A DNA stretch of 64,000 bases from a bacterium. GTDB lineage: Bacteria > Patescibacteriota > Saccharimonadia > CAILAD01 > JADZBC01. Location: positions 294 to 64,293 of the forward strand of contig JADZBC010000016.1 of assembly GCA_020852295.1 (NCBI GenBank). The letters run 5' to 3'. Position numbers and translations under genes: made by a program. The notes under the pieces were generated by a model. That model searched no databases. It was not told where the DNA came from and saw only the letters and a program-made list of their open reading frames with translations. Positions 49,418 through 59,010 of this stretch are shown piece by piece. Position 1 is the first letter of the stretch; each line of letters opens with the position of its first letter.

Positions 49418-50163
49418 TTTGCACCTCCTGGATACTGCTGTATGTCATTTGCAGCTAAATTAATGATAATGCACGCGCTTAAGCCCGGATCTTTGGTACC
49501 TTTGAGTTTGAGCATAATCTTTTGTGCGGCACTACTATTGTAGCCATTGGAACCTGATGTCGGAATGAGCTCCATGTCGCTAGTGCGCGAGTAACCAAGG
49601 TCGTCAGAAAATACTTTTGTCTGTATTGGCAGTGTAGTTGAATCCTTGCTTAGCTTATAAAACACTACAAAAACCGAGTTCTTCGAACAGCTCGTGAGCG
49701 ATGCGCCCGCTCTTACCTGATAACAGTCATACCCCATTTCCGCAGGCAGAATCTTGCCACTCGCTGCATATGGCAGGACGCTACCGGCTGATCCGACTTT
49801 CAAACGACGCTCTTGATAATTGGTTACTAACCCTGCATCGGTAGTAAAGTTAAAGCCGCTGTGTGTACCACCGGCGCCATTAAAATGCAACGCCTCACCA
49901 AAAAGCAGATCGCCCGGCTGAAGCGGGCACGACGACCCACCCGGACAGTTGCTATCCGGCTCTGGGCCGATTCCTGCCTCGGCACGGTTGAGTGAAAGAC
50001 GTAGCGAGCTTTGTAGTTGCTGTGTATTGATATCGAATTTTGCGCGATCATTGTTGCCAAGAGCGGAAAATGCCGCAGGCACCATTAGTGCGGTGATAGC
50101 AAGTACGATAACTAGCTCGATAAGAGTTACACCTGGTCGAAGTTGTAAGGTTGAGCGCTTCAT
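49405..50163 (-). CDS. Minor type IV pilin (FimT-like)
   Basis: RPG|VTLIE class III signal peptide. Confidence 0.82.
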   Translation of the reverse strand: MKRSTLQLRPGVTLIELVIVLAITALMVPAAFSALGNNDRAKFDINTQQLQSSLRLSLNRAEAGIGPEPDSNCPGGSSCPLQPGDLLFGEALHFNGAGGTHSGFNFTTDAGLVTNYQERRLKVGSAGSVLPYAASGKILPAEMGYDCYQVRAGASLTSCSKNSVFVVFYKLSKDSTTLPIQTKVFSDDLGYSRTSDMELIPTSGSNGYNSSAAQKIMLKLKGTKDPGLSACIIINLAANDIQQYPGGAKCSI

Positions 50164-50202
50164 ATTTTAGGCTATTATACCACTTATGCTATCTACGGAC
50201 AC

Positions 50203-50979
50203 CTAATACAGCCGTAGCTTGTCCGCAAAAATCAAGCCAAAGTAGAGGCCAAATATCAGATACGGCCCAAATGCGATGTGGTCGGTGCGCTTCTTGCGGC
50301 CAGTCAGTAGCAACACAACTGCCACGACTGCACCGGCATTAAATCCTGCCACCGTCGCGACGGCTAGCTGCCAGGGATGCAGCAGCATACCCATGATGGC
50401 CGCCAAGCGAATATCCCCGTCCCCCATCGCCTTACCACCAGAGAAACGCCACAGTCCGTAGAAAAAGAATGTCACGACCGCAATGCCGGCCAGACGCGGC
50501 CAGAGCTGCGACGGGTCAGCAGCAATAATCACAAGCAAGTACAGCGCGGATAGGGCCAGCGCGGGCGTCGTGAAGACGTCTGGCAGCAATGAGTGCTTTT
50601 GGTCGTAGCTGCATGCACCGACGAGCAGTACCGTGATAGCTAGGAGTGTCACGAGCTTCACCCACCCTAGCAAATTGGTTGGGTCGAAGTAGCTAAAGAG
50701 AACCAGAAAGAGCGCAGCCGTCATTGACTCTACTATCGGATACCGTGGCGAGATAGGCTTGCGGCACATCCGGCACTTACCCGCCAGGACGGCGTAGCTC
50801 AGTACTGGCACCAAGTCATACCACTTCAGTGGTTTTTTGCAATGAGGACACATCGAGTGACCCTTGGCGATACTACGCTCAGTCTCGATGCGCCATACCC
50901 AGGCGTTGATAAAGCTCCCAAAGATAAGACCGAGGCCTGTCGCAAAAACCGCCCCTACAATGAAGTAATCACCTGTCAT
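50203..50979 (-). CDS. pilD: Prepilin peptidase
   Basis: GSF.N...R, CPHC...CRMC, MGDGD, FGPYL. Confidence 0.93.
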   Translation of the reverse strand: MTGDYFIVGAVFATGLGLIFGSFINAWVWRIETERSIAKGHSMCPHCKKPLKWYDLVPVLSYAVLAGKCRMCRKPISPRYPIVESMTAALFLVLFSYFDPTNLLGWVKLVTLLAITVLLVGACSYDQKHSLLPDVFTTPALALSALYLLVIIAADPSQLWPRLAGIAVVTFFFYGLWRFSGGKAMGDGDIRLAAIMGMLLHPWQLAVATVAGFNAGAVVAVVLLLTGRKKRTDHIAFGPYLIFGLYFGLIFADKLRLY

Positions 50980-50985
50980 AATTAC

Positions 50986-51435
50986 CTACTGACTACTCGT
51001 CAGTGTGTAGACACCGCCCTCAATACACATTTTAAGAGTAAAGTCTCTTGGTGAACCTGCATTGGAATTTTTATAGAATATCTTGGCATTCTCAGTTGAG
51101 CTGATATTTGTACAGGTTGGGTCGCCATATGCATAGCTATAGTTGCCACCATTGGGTCGCGGATCATTGATCGAGCCTGCTTTCCAGTAGCCTTCAGAAA
51201 CAAATCGACCGGCTGTACCGCTCCAGTCCGTCCCCCAGACTGGGTATTTTCCACTGTTGTTGTCAGCCCACTGCTCTAGCGCAGTTGAGAGTTTATTGAC
51301 ATCAGCCCGGCGACGCGTATCGCGTTGACTTCGTTCAGCACCCTGGGCGCTCAGTAATACAGTGGAGGTGATTAGCGCACCTATAGCCAACGCTATTATT
51401 AGCTCAAGAAGTGTAAATCCAGACCTTTTCTTCAT
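50986..51435 (-). CDS. Type IV pilin
   Basis: RSG|FTLLE, QRD..R..D, C-terminal Cys pair. Confidence 0.88.
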   Translation of the reverse strand: MKKRSGFTLLELIIALAIGALITSTVLLSAQGAERSQRDTRRRADVNKLSTALEQWADNNSGKYPVWGTDWSGTAGRFVSEGYWKAGSINDPRPNGGNYSYAYGDPTCTNISSTENAKIFYKNSNAGSPRDFTLKMCIEGGVYTLTSSQ

Positions 51436-51476
51436 TACTCTTATGTTAGCACATTTACCCGTCTAAACAAAAAGGA

Positions 51477-51510
51477 TTAAAAAAAGACGCCGGATGGCGT
51501 CTTTTTTTAA
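51477..51510 (-). terminator. Intrinsic terminator after the putative major pilin
   Basis: AAAAAGACGCC-GGAT-GGCGTCTTTTT. Confidence 0.85.
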
Positions 51511-51521
51511 TTTCTGATTTA

Positions 51522-51932
51522 CTATTGTGCGTTGTAAGTAGCTCCACCTTCGAGACATACACTAGCCTTGTCAGGTGCAAACTCGATGCGGATAACTGTT
51601 GGTGCCGCTGTGGCAGAACAGCTCAATGCTCCAGCCTGGTACGTATAGGCTACCAGGCCCGCATTACTGTCAACTGGACCACGCTTATCTGGCACTGCCG
51701 CTTCAACTTGAGCAACAGTCGGAGTGCCGCCGTTTACCCCAAGATTTGCACGAGCATCAGTGATAGCAGCACGTGACTTGTCCGCCAAAGCACGACGACC
51801 ATCATTACGCTGTGAACGTTGGGCCCCAGTAACCCCCAGTAATACGATCACAATAATCAAGGCCGCAATAGCTAGTGCAATTACGATTTCAATCAGTGTG
51901 AAACCCTTTTTAGTTGATAATGTCTTTTGCAT
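51522..51932 (-). CDS. Type IV pilin (probable major pilin)
   Basis: KKG|FTLIE; AGGAGG RBS, own terminator. Confidence 0.88.
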   Translation of the reverse strand: MQKTLSTKKGFTLIEIVIALAIAALIIVIVLLGVTGAQRSQRNDGRRALADKSRAAITDARANLGVNGGTPTVAQVEAAVPDKRGPVDSNAGLVAYTYQAGALSCSATAAPTVIRIEFAPDKASVCLEGGATYNAQ

Positions 51933-52014
51933 ATTTATTCACCCTCCTGGTGTGATTATTTTTTATAAAATGCTTGTGCTTAATGTACCTAAATTAGCCT
52001 CTTGAGTCAACTTC

Positions 52015-53274
52015 TTACTTGGCTTGAGTCGAGGACGAACTAGATGAACTACCAAAGTTATCAAGTCCACCACCTACAAGGCTGTAGATTGGGAAAAGGA
52101 CAGCACCAATGATGAAAAACACCATGCCGCCAAGCACTACTATCATAAATGGCTCAATGATTGTACTAAGATTCTTGACCTGCTGATCTACTTCCTCTTC
52201 ATAGAAGCTAGCGGTCTTGTCAAGCATATCGCCGAGCGTACCAGAGTCCTCGCCGATGCGTATCATCTGCGGGACAAGGGTAAGAAAATACTCATTGTTT
52301 GCCAGAACGGCTGAGAGGGACTTGCCGCCCTTTACGCTTTCGGCACCTCGCAGGACGATATCGCGGATAATGACATTATTGACCGCCTCTGAGACAATCT
52401 CAAGTGATTCGAGAATCGGCACGCCACTATTTACCAATGATGCCATGGTACGCGAAAATCGAGCCATGTACATCTTCTTAAAAAGCATGCCGATGACCGG
52501 AATGCGCATCTTAGTACGATCTTTGAGCTTACGGCCAGCCGGTGTATGAAAATAAGATCTCACACCAGCAAATACAGCTATCAAAATAAGTATTGTTAGC
52601 CACCAATAGTTTGTGACGAAATTTGCCACAGCCAAAAGAAAAGCAGTCGTGAAGGGCAAAGACTTACCGAGGCTCTCATACAAACTAGATACTTGAGGCA
52701 GGATCGACACAAGCATGAAAATAATCACCAGGATAATTACCACCATTACGATGGCTGGATAAATCAGCGCACCACGAACCTTGCTAATAATCGCCTGCTC
52801 CTTCTCGAGCTCGTCAGCCAGGCGAAGCATGGCCTTATCGAGAGTACCAGAGGTCTCGCCAGCCGCTACAAGACTAATAAATACGTGACTAAAAATGTCT
52901 GGGTGCTCAGCAAAGGCATCGGCCAGCGATGAACCACCCTCCACTGAAGCGACTACCTGATCGAGTGCCTGGCGGAGCTTCTTACTCTGAACTTGCTCAA
53001 CGGCAGTGGTTAAAGCCTGGGTAATGGGTAAGCCAGCTCTTATGAGCGTCGAGAGCTGACGGGTAAAGATAACCTTATCTTTACCACTAACCCGATTTAA
53101 GCCATTGAGGTTGATCCCAAGAAACGACTGCTCGCCCGCGACCTGGATCTTTATCGGAAAAAGATTTTTTTCCATCAAAAGCCGAGCTGCGATAGAATCG
53201 TTGTCAGCCTGAATCTGCCCCTTTACAACCTTCCCGTTGGTGTTGTCTTTTGCGGTGTAGCGATAATCTCGCAT
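52015..53274 (-). CDS. pilC: Type IV pilus platform protein
   Basis: FTRQLSTL..AG, AGETSG.LD, ALIYP, GEDSG.L, IEP. Confidence 0.93.
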   Translation of the reverse strand: MRDYRYTAKDNTNGKVVKGQIQADNDSIAARLLMEKNLFPIKIQVAGEQSFLGINLNGLNRVSGKDKVIFTRQLSTLIRAGLPITQALTTAVEQVQSKKLRQALDQVVASVEGGSSLADAFAEHPDIFSHVFISLVAAGETSGTLDKAMLRLADELEKEQAIISKVRGALIYPAIVMVVIILVIIFMLVSILPQVSSLYESLGKSLPFTTAFLLAVANFVTNYWWLTILILIAVFAGVRSYFHTPAGRKLKDRTKMRIPVIGMLFKKMYMARFSRTMASLVNSGVPILESLEIVSEAVNNVIIRDIVLRGAESVKGGKSLSAVLANNEYFLTLVPQMIRIGEDSGTLGDMLDKTASFYEEEVDQQVKNLSTIIEPFMIVVLGGMVFFIIGAVLFPIYSLVGGGLDNFGSSSSSSSTQAK

Positions 53275-53276
53275 CG

Positions 53277-54494
53277 CTATTTCCTCATCAGACGGTCAAG
53301 TTCCTCAAGGTCGACCGCGAAGTTTTTGGCTTCTTCGTAGGTAATCTTGCCGGAGTGAATGAGCTCAACCAGAGTCTTGTCCATGCTAACCATACCGTGC
53401 TCCGCCCCGGTCTGGATAACTGCATCTAGCTGGTGAGACTTAGCCTCGCGAATGATATTGCGAACGGCTGGTGTCACTACCAGAATCTCCGCTGCAGCAA
53501 TACGACCACCACCTACCATCGGGATAAGGCGCTGAGCGACGATGCCCTGCAATACCCCGGCTAACTGGATGCGAATCTGCTGCTGTTGGTGTGGCGGAAA
53601 GACATCGATCATACGATCGATCGAACCGGCGGCCGAGTTGGTATGTAGAGTAGCCAGTACTAAGTGGCCAGTTTCGGCAATCGTAATAGCCGTGGCGATG
53701 GTTTCAAGGTCACGCATCTCACCGATGAGAACAACGTCTGGATCTTCACGCAGGGCACTACGCAGGGCTGCACCAAATGAATTACTATCGAAGTGAATCT
53801 CACGCTGTACAACGATCGACTTCTTGTGATGGTGTTGATACTCAACTGGATCCTCGATCGTGATAATGTGCATGGCCTTCTCTGAGTTGATCAGATCGAT
53901 CATGGCGGCGAGGGTCGTGGACTTACCAGAACCAGTTGGACCAGTTACGAGCACGAGGCCGCGCGGAAACTGGGTGAAGTTTTTGACGACCTGCGGCATA
54001 CCGAGTTCTTCGAGCGTGCGGATCTTGGTCGGGATAAGACGCAAGGCGGCGGCCAGGCTCCCCTTTTCGTGGAAGGCATTGACACGAAAACGCCCAAGAT
54101 CACCAAAGGCAAACGAAAAGTCGAGCTCTTTGTCTTCAATAAGCATCTTTTTCTGCTTCTCATCAAGCAGCGGCAAAATAAGATTTTCTATGGTGGCGTC
54201 ATCGACCGGAGCAACGTCACCAATTGGTTTGAGCGCGCCATCGATACGGAGCATTGGCGGCAAACCTACCTGAAGGTGTAAGTCAGATGCATCACGACGG
54301 ATAACCTCCTCAAGGTATGGCTCAATCCGCGGCAAGCTCTCGCTTGCCTGCGTTGCGGCTGGCGCGGCGTCTTGTGGCACCATTGGCGGCGCGTCAGCCG
54401 CCGGTGGTGGCGGTGGTGGTGCCTGGTTGGCTACCGGAGCTCCATCGACTGGGCTGGCTGGAATATTGTTTTGTGTCTGATCAGTTGGCTGCAT
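53277..54494 (-). CDS. pilT: Type IV pilus retraction ATPase
   Basis: GPTGSGKSTT, ALREDPD, GEMRD, TLHTNS, AVRNIIRE motif. Confidence 0.95.
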   Translation of the reverse strand: MQPTDQTQNNIPASPVDGAPVANQAPPPPPPAADAPPMVPQDAAPAATQASESLPRIEPYLEEVIRRDASDLHLQVGLPPMLRIDGALKPIGDVAPVDDATIENLILPLLDEKQKKMLIEDKELDFSFAFGDLGRFRVNAFHEKGSLAAALRLIPTKIRTLEELGMPQVVKNFTQFPRGLVLVTGPTGSGKSTTLAAMIDLINSEKAMHIITIEDPVEYQHHHKKSIVVQREIHFDSNSFGAALRSALREDPDVVLIGEMRDLETIATAITIAETGHLVLATLHTNSAAGSIDRMIDVFPPHQQQQIRIQLAGVLQGIVAQRLIPMVGGGRIAAAEILVVTPAVRNIIREAKSHQLDAVIQTGAEHGMVSMDKTLVELIHSGKITYEEAKNFAVDLEELDRLMRK

Positions 54495-56278
54495 TAGTAA
54501 TCACTCGCTACCCTTGCTACTTCTTCTATAGTTGTGACTGCGGTTAGTGCCTTGAGAAGACCATCCTGTTTCATGGTAAGCATGCCATCTTTCATAGCTT
54601 GCTCTTGAATCTGCGTCGTGGTCGCATGATTGACCAGCAGATGCTCCATGGCATCGTTCATCTCAAAGACTTCAAATATACCTACACGGCCCTTATAGCC
54701 ATCAGTACACTCTTCGCATCCCGCCCCCTTATATAAAGTATAAGCGTTTTGGTTAAAGAGTGGCAAGTTTTCGTAGCCAACCCAAGCCTCAATCTTCGCC
54801 CGATCGGCTTCACTCTTTGGCAAGACGTAACCGAGTGACTGATTGATCATCTGGGTAGCAGCTGGGGTTGTCTGAAATGGCTGCCGACACTTGTCGCAAA
54901 CTCGTCGCACCAGTCGCTGACCAATCACCGTGTTGATGGTAGAAGCAACTAGGAAAGGTTCGATACCCATATCTAAAAGACGTGGCAGTACTCCGGAAGC
55001 CGAGTTGGTGTGCAGCGTGGAAAGCACGATGTGTCCAGTTAGCGCAGCTTGTACCGCCAAGTCGGCTGTTTCGTGGTCACGAATCTCGCCAACCATGATG
55101 ACATTCGGGTCCTGACGCAAGATGGAGCGCAATCCGCTCGCAAAAGTGAGACCCACCGCCGTATTGACCTGAATCTGGTTAATGCCGTCCATTTTGTACT
55201 CAACCGGGTCTTCGAGGGTGACGATGTTGATCTTGACCGATTTAATCTCCTGAATGACCGCATACAGGGTGGTTGACTTACCAGAACCAGTCGGACCAGT
55301 TGAGAGAATCATGCCGTGCGGCTTGGACATACCATTTTTGATCAGTCGGTAGGCTTGCCCGCGGAAGCCGAGGGTGTCCAGGCTAATCATCTGGTCATTC
55401 TTATCAAGAATACGAATCACGACCTGCTCGCCATAGGTCAGTGGTGCGATGGCGATACGAAGATCGACTTCGCGACCATTGATCTTGTACTGCGCCTGAC
55501 CATCCTGCGGGATACGGTGTTCATCGATCTTGAGGTTGGACATAATCTTAATACGCGATATTAGCGCCGGCTCGGTGCTCTTTGGGAGTGTCATCGCCTC
55601 TTGCAAGATTCCATCGATACGAAAACGAATCTTGAGCTCATGCTCGCGCGGCTCTACGTGAATGTCCGAGGCTTTCGAGTTGATCGCATACTCAAAAATG
55701 GCATTGAGCGCCCGAGTGATTGGTGCGTCCTGTACGATCGTCTCGACCTTCTTAGAGGTCTCTTTATCGACTTTCTGTCCCTCAACCGTGGTCTGCTGCT
55801 GTTGAGCAGTGTCGAGCTCTTTAGCGACCTCAGCGCCAAGATTGGCCACATAGCCACCAATGATCTTCTCAATCTGTCGGTGCGATGCCATGAATGGATT
55901 GACGTAGTAACCCGTTTTCTTCGAGATAAAGTCAATTGCCTGCAGATCTTGCGGATCAGCCATAGCCAAGTTGAGTTTGCCATCGACCATACCAATTGGC
56001 ACAGCCATGTAGCGCTGCGCAACATCGCGTGGCACTAGACGGAGAACCTCTTCAGGAATCTGCTGGTTCGTAAGATCAACGTATGGCACATGTGAAGCAA
56101 TGGCCGTAAGCTTGACTGAGTCTTCTTCTTTGAGGAGTTTCTGCTCAATCAGAATGTCTATAGTGGTCTTGCCAACCTTGGCCGCCTCGATGCGCGCCAG
56201 CTCCATAGCGTGTGAGTCCACAATATTGTTATCGAGGATCAACTGCTCTATCTTGTGGAGAGTTTCGTTACTGAGCAT
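54494..56278 (-). CDS. pilB: Type IV pilus extension ATPase
   Basis: ASDIH.EP, PQDG, GPTGSGKSTT, LRQDP, Zn-binding CxxC pairs. Confidence 0.95.
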   Translation of the reverse strand: MLSNETLHKIEQLILDNNIVDSHAMELARIEAAKVGKTTIDILIEQKLLKEEDSVKLTAIASHVPYVDLTNQQIPEEVLRLVPRDVAQRYMAVPIGMVDGKLNLAMADPQDLQAIDFISKKTGYYVNPFMASHRQIEKIIGGYVANLGAEVAKELDTAQQQQTTVEGQKVDKETSKKVETIVQDAPITRALNAIFEYAINSKASDIHVEPREHELKIRFRIDGILQEAMTLPKSTEPALISRIKIMSNLKIDEHRIPQDGQAQYKINGREVDLRIAIAPLTYGEQVVIRILDKNDQMISLDTLGFRGQAYRLIKNGMSKPHGMILSTGPTGSGKSTTLYAVIQEIKSVKINIVTLEDPVEYKMDGINQIQVNTAVGLTFASGLRSILRQDPNVIMVGEIRDHETADLAVQAALTGHIVLSTLHTNSASGVLPRLLDMGIEPFLVASTINTVIGQRLVRRVCDKCRQPFQTTPAATQMINQSLGYVLPKSEADRAKIEAWVGYENLPLFNQNAYTLYKGAGCEECTDGYKGRVGIFEVFEMNDAMEHLLVNHATTTQIQEQAMKDGMLTMKQDGLLKALTAVTTIEEVARVASDY

Positions 56279-56289
56279 AGGTGACCCCC

Positions 56290-56541
56290 TTAGTTGATAA
56301 CTGGTTTTGGCGTAGCGCTTGCGTCTGGCTTAAGCTCTTGAGAGAAGTCTTTGATCTTCTTGTCGTTTTTGAGTGCACCCATTTGTTCACTGTTTGGCAG
56401 ATCTGTCTTGACTGGTCGCGGCACAATAACCTTGATGCCCGAATCAGCTGGTGGCGGTACTACAATACGGTACACCATGGCACTCGCAACAATCAGGATG
56501 ATGGTCGAAATGACGATTGTGATGATATCTTTTCGTTTCAT
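56290..56541 (-). CDS. Small bitopic pilus-associated protein (in the pilP position)
   Basis: Single N-terminal TM; coupled between pilO and pilB. Confidence 0.65.
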   Translation of the reverse strand: MKRKDIITIVISTIILIVASAMVYRIVVPPPADSGIKVIVPRPVKTDLPNSEQMGALKNDKKIKDFSQELKPDASATPKPVIN

Positions 56542-57245
56542 TACTTCAGGTCCTCTTCACGATCTTCGATATTTGCTTTGTCCTGGTAGTAAGACAAGAA
56601 ATCAATTTCAGCTTTTACTTCGGCCGACGAGCCGTCGAGTTTCATCTTACGAAAGTTGATGACGCGAGCTGACTTTTCGGTATTGGCCAAGAAATCCAAT
56701 AGGGCCGGGTATGAGCCGATGATAGTGACAGTAAAGGCCACTGGCTTGGGAGACTGCGGTTCACCAGGGCCGCCACCGGTATTCTCAGTAGTGCTCGTAC
56801 TGGTGCTGGCCGCCTGATCAGTCTGCTTCACTTCCTGCATCTTCACGTTGGCCTGTTTAGCCATTTCTTCAAGCATGGCGTAGAGATTCTTCTGATCTTG
56901 CGTGTATGGCAAAGCTCGCAAAATCAGTTCTGCGTCACTCACCTTAGCATCTCCGCGCACTTGCTTCACTTCTTTGTATGCACCATTTTTGAGTGTCTCA
57001 AGATCGTTCTTCTTGGTCTCCAAGAGGCCCTTCTGTTTCTCGAGTGCCTTGAGCTTATTGGAAGACTCCAGGAAGCTATTTGTTAAGTTCCAAATGAAGT
57101 AACCGCCGACTAGCAAGATTGCCCCGACGATGATACCGGAGATTACGAGATAGTTGGTTGTGCCCTGGGTATCTTCGAGTGATACCTGGGTATTTGGAAT
57201 ACTTAGCTTTGGTTTCTTTGTAGCTTGCTTGATGTCTTGTTTCAT
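56541..57245 (-). CDS. pilO: PilO-like alignment protein
   Basis: TM + coiled coil, ALP, G.Y..L..FL...EKS.R. Confidence 0.78.
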   Translation of the reverse strand: MKQDIKQATKKPKLSIPNTQVSLEDTQGTTNYLVISGIIVGAILLVGGYFIWNLTNSFLESSNKLKALEKQKGLLETKKNDLETLKNGAYKEVKQVRGDAKVSDAELILRALPYTQDQKNLYAMLEEMAKQANVKMQEVKQTDQAASTSTSTTENTGGGPGEPQSPKPVAFTVTIIGSYPALLDFLANTEKSARVINFRKMKLDGSSAEVKAEIDFLSYYQDKANIEDREEDLK

Positions 57246-57934
57246 TGGTTCGTCTCCGTCGTAACGGTTCCTGGGCTGCTACCCTTGATGAGATTACGAT
57301 CGAGTAGGAATGTCATTTCGTAGCTGACTTTGCCGGTCTTCAAATCCTGCGAACTCTTGGTGATGTTGGTCTTACTAAAGAGGGCTTGGCCTGGGTCAAG
57401 GTTGAATCGTTGGCTCTCTGGTCGATCCTTTTTGTACGTCACATTATATGCTTCGATGGCCTGAGCAAACGTACTAACTGCCTTATAGTCATCTGCCAAG
57501 CCCTTGATCGTTGCAAGACTCAAGCTTGATGATGAGTCCGTTGATGAGCTACCGCTGGCAGTATCAGAATCCGATATCTCAAACGAGTTTACTACCACAT
57601 TTGGCTGTATGGTATTGCTTAAGTTGCCAAATACGCTACTGGCAAAGAGTCGGTCAGCATTTAGCTTATAGAATGAATCGAGATGCTCTTGTAAATCGGC
57701 TGCTGTTTGTTCGACATCGCGCAGATCAGCTACATCTTTTTTGAAGCGCTCAATATCCCCTTTTACAAGTGATTCATTGGCGGCATTGGCGGCAAGCAGA
57801 AACAGAAGCGTACCAATGATCGTACCAACCACCAGCGCAACAAAAATAAGTCCCCCTGTAGCAAGCTGCTTGCGACGGCGATTGCGCAGCTTAACGAGTC
57901 GTGCTTCGGGTAATAGATTAACAACGACACTCAT
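57242..57934 (-). CDS. pilN: PilN-like alignment protein
   Basis: N-terminal VNLLP motif plus TM. Confidence 0.8.
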   Translation of the reverse strand: MSVVVNLLPEARLVKLRNRRRKQLATGGLIFVALVVGTIIGTLLFLLAANAANESLVKGDIERFKKDVADLRDVEQTAADLQEHLDSFYKLNADRLFASSVFGNLSNTIQPNVVVNSFEISDSDTASGSSSTDSSSSLSLATIKGLADDYKAVSTFAQAIEAYNVTYKKDRPESQRFNLDPGQALFSKTNITKSSQDLKTGKVSYEMTFLLDRNLIKGSSPGTVTTETNQ

Positions 57935-58971
57935 TAGACAAAGTTCCTCATAGCAAGACCAATTGCGCTGGCGTAATTGAGCGAAATCGTTGCAAGCTTA
58001 GGCTGTAATGCGGCCGGGTAGCTCACGTTAACCCATGGGTTACCAATCTCAACCGTAATGCCGGTAGAGTTAGCTAGATAGACCGGTAACTCTGGCAGCG
58101 CTGACGTACCACCCGTAATGATAATCTTCTCGATCTTGTCGCCACCCGAGTGCTCGTGGAAATATGACACCGACTTATTGATCTCTTCAACCACCGTATC
58201 AAGTACAGGCTTGAGCGATTTGTATACTTGCCCCTCGAGTTTGGTCTGGATCAAACCAAACTTGCGCATGAACTGCTCCCCTTGCGCTTCATCGAGGCCA
58301 AGGTTTTGGCTAACTACTCGAATCAGTGCACGCGATCCGACATTAACTGTGCGCACGAGCTTCGGTACTTGATGTGAAATGATGGCCATGTCGGTCGCAA
58401 CCGAGCCAATATCCACGATGATGACCGAGAGATCTTTGTTTGTCGTGAGTGAGCGCGCTTGGGCAATCGGGTTAATTTCGAGCGCGAGTAATTCTAGGCC
58501 AGCTTTTTGAATAATATTGAGGTATTTGTTCGCAACAGAATTTGGCGCAGCAACCAGTAGTACCTCTACCTCCTCGGCATTTCTTCCTGGACCGACGACA
58601 GTCCAGTCGAGTTTCACCTGGTCAATGGCCATCGGTATATACTTGTCGGCCTGAAAACGAATAGAACTGGCCAGCTCATCATGTGAGAGCTTTGGTGTAT
58701 TGATAACTGCTACATATGAACTTACTGAGGGCAAAGCCGCCACCACGTTCTTTGTCGAAACACGAGCGTCGTCAGCTAGTTTGCGTACGATATCGCTCAG
58801 GCGATCCTGATCGACGGGAGAATCAGAATTGAGCAGTCCAGTAGGCGTCTGGATGTCCCCGTAGGTCACCAAACTAGGCTTGCCGTGCAGATTCTTCAAC
58901 TGCACTAGCTTTATACTACTCGCCCCCAAATCGAGTCCAAAATAATTTTCTTCTTCTTCAAAGAGACTCAT
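57934..58971 (-). CDS. pilM: Type IV pilus assembly protein PilM
   Basis: GLDLG.SSIK, DIG...T, TGG, A.GLAMR actin-like fold. Confidence 0.93.
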   Translation of the reverse strand: MSLFEEEENYFGLDLGASSIKLVQLKNLHGKPSLVTYGDIQTPTGLLNSDSPVDQDRLSDIVRKLADDARVSTKNVVAALPSVSSYVAVINTPKLSHDELASSIRFQADKYIPMAIDQVKLDWTVVGPGRNAEEVEVLLVAAPNSVANKYLNIIQKAGLELLALEINPIAQARSLTTNKDLSVIIVDIGSVATDMAIISHQVPKLVRTVNVGSRALIRVVSQNLGLDEAQGEQFMRKFGLIQTKLEGQVYKSLKPVLDTVVEEINKSVSYFHEHSGGDKIEKIIITGGTSALPELPVYLANSTGITVEIGNPWVNVSYPAALQPKLATISLNYASAIGLAMRNFV

Positions 58972-59010
58972 AGCTGATCCTAGCATAACAACTTTTGTCT
59001 GAAATGTGAA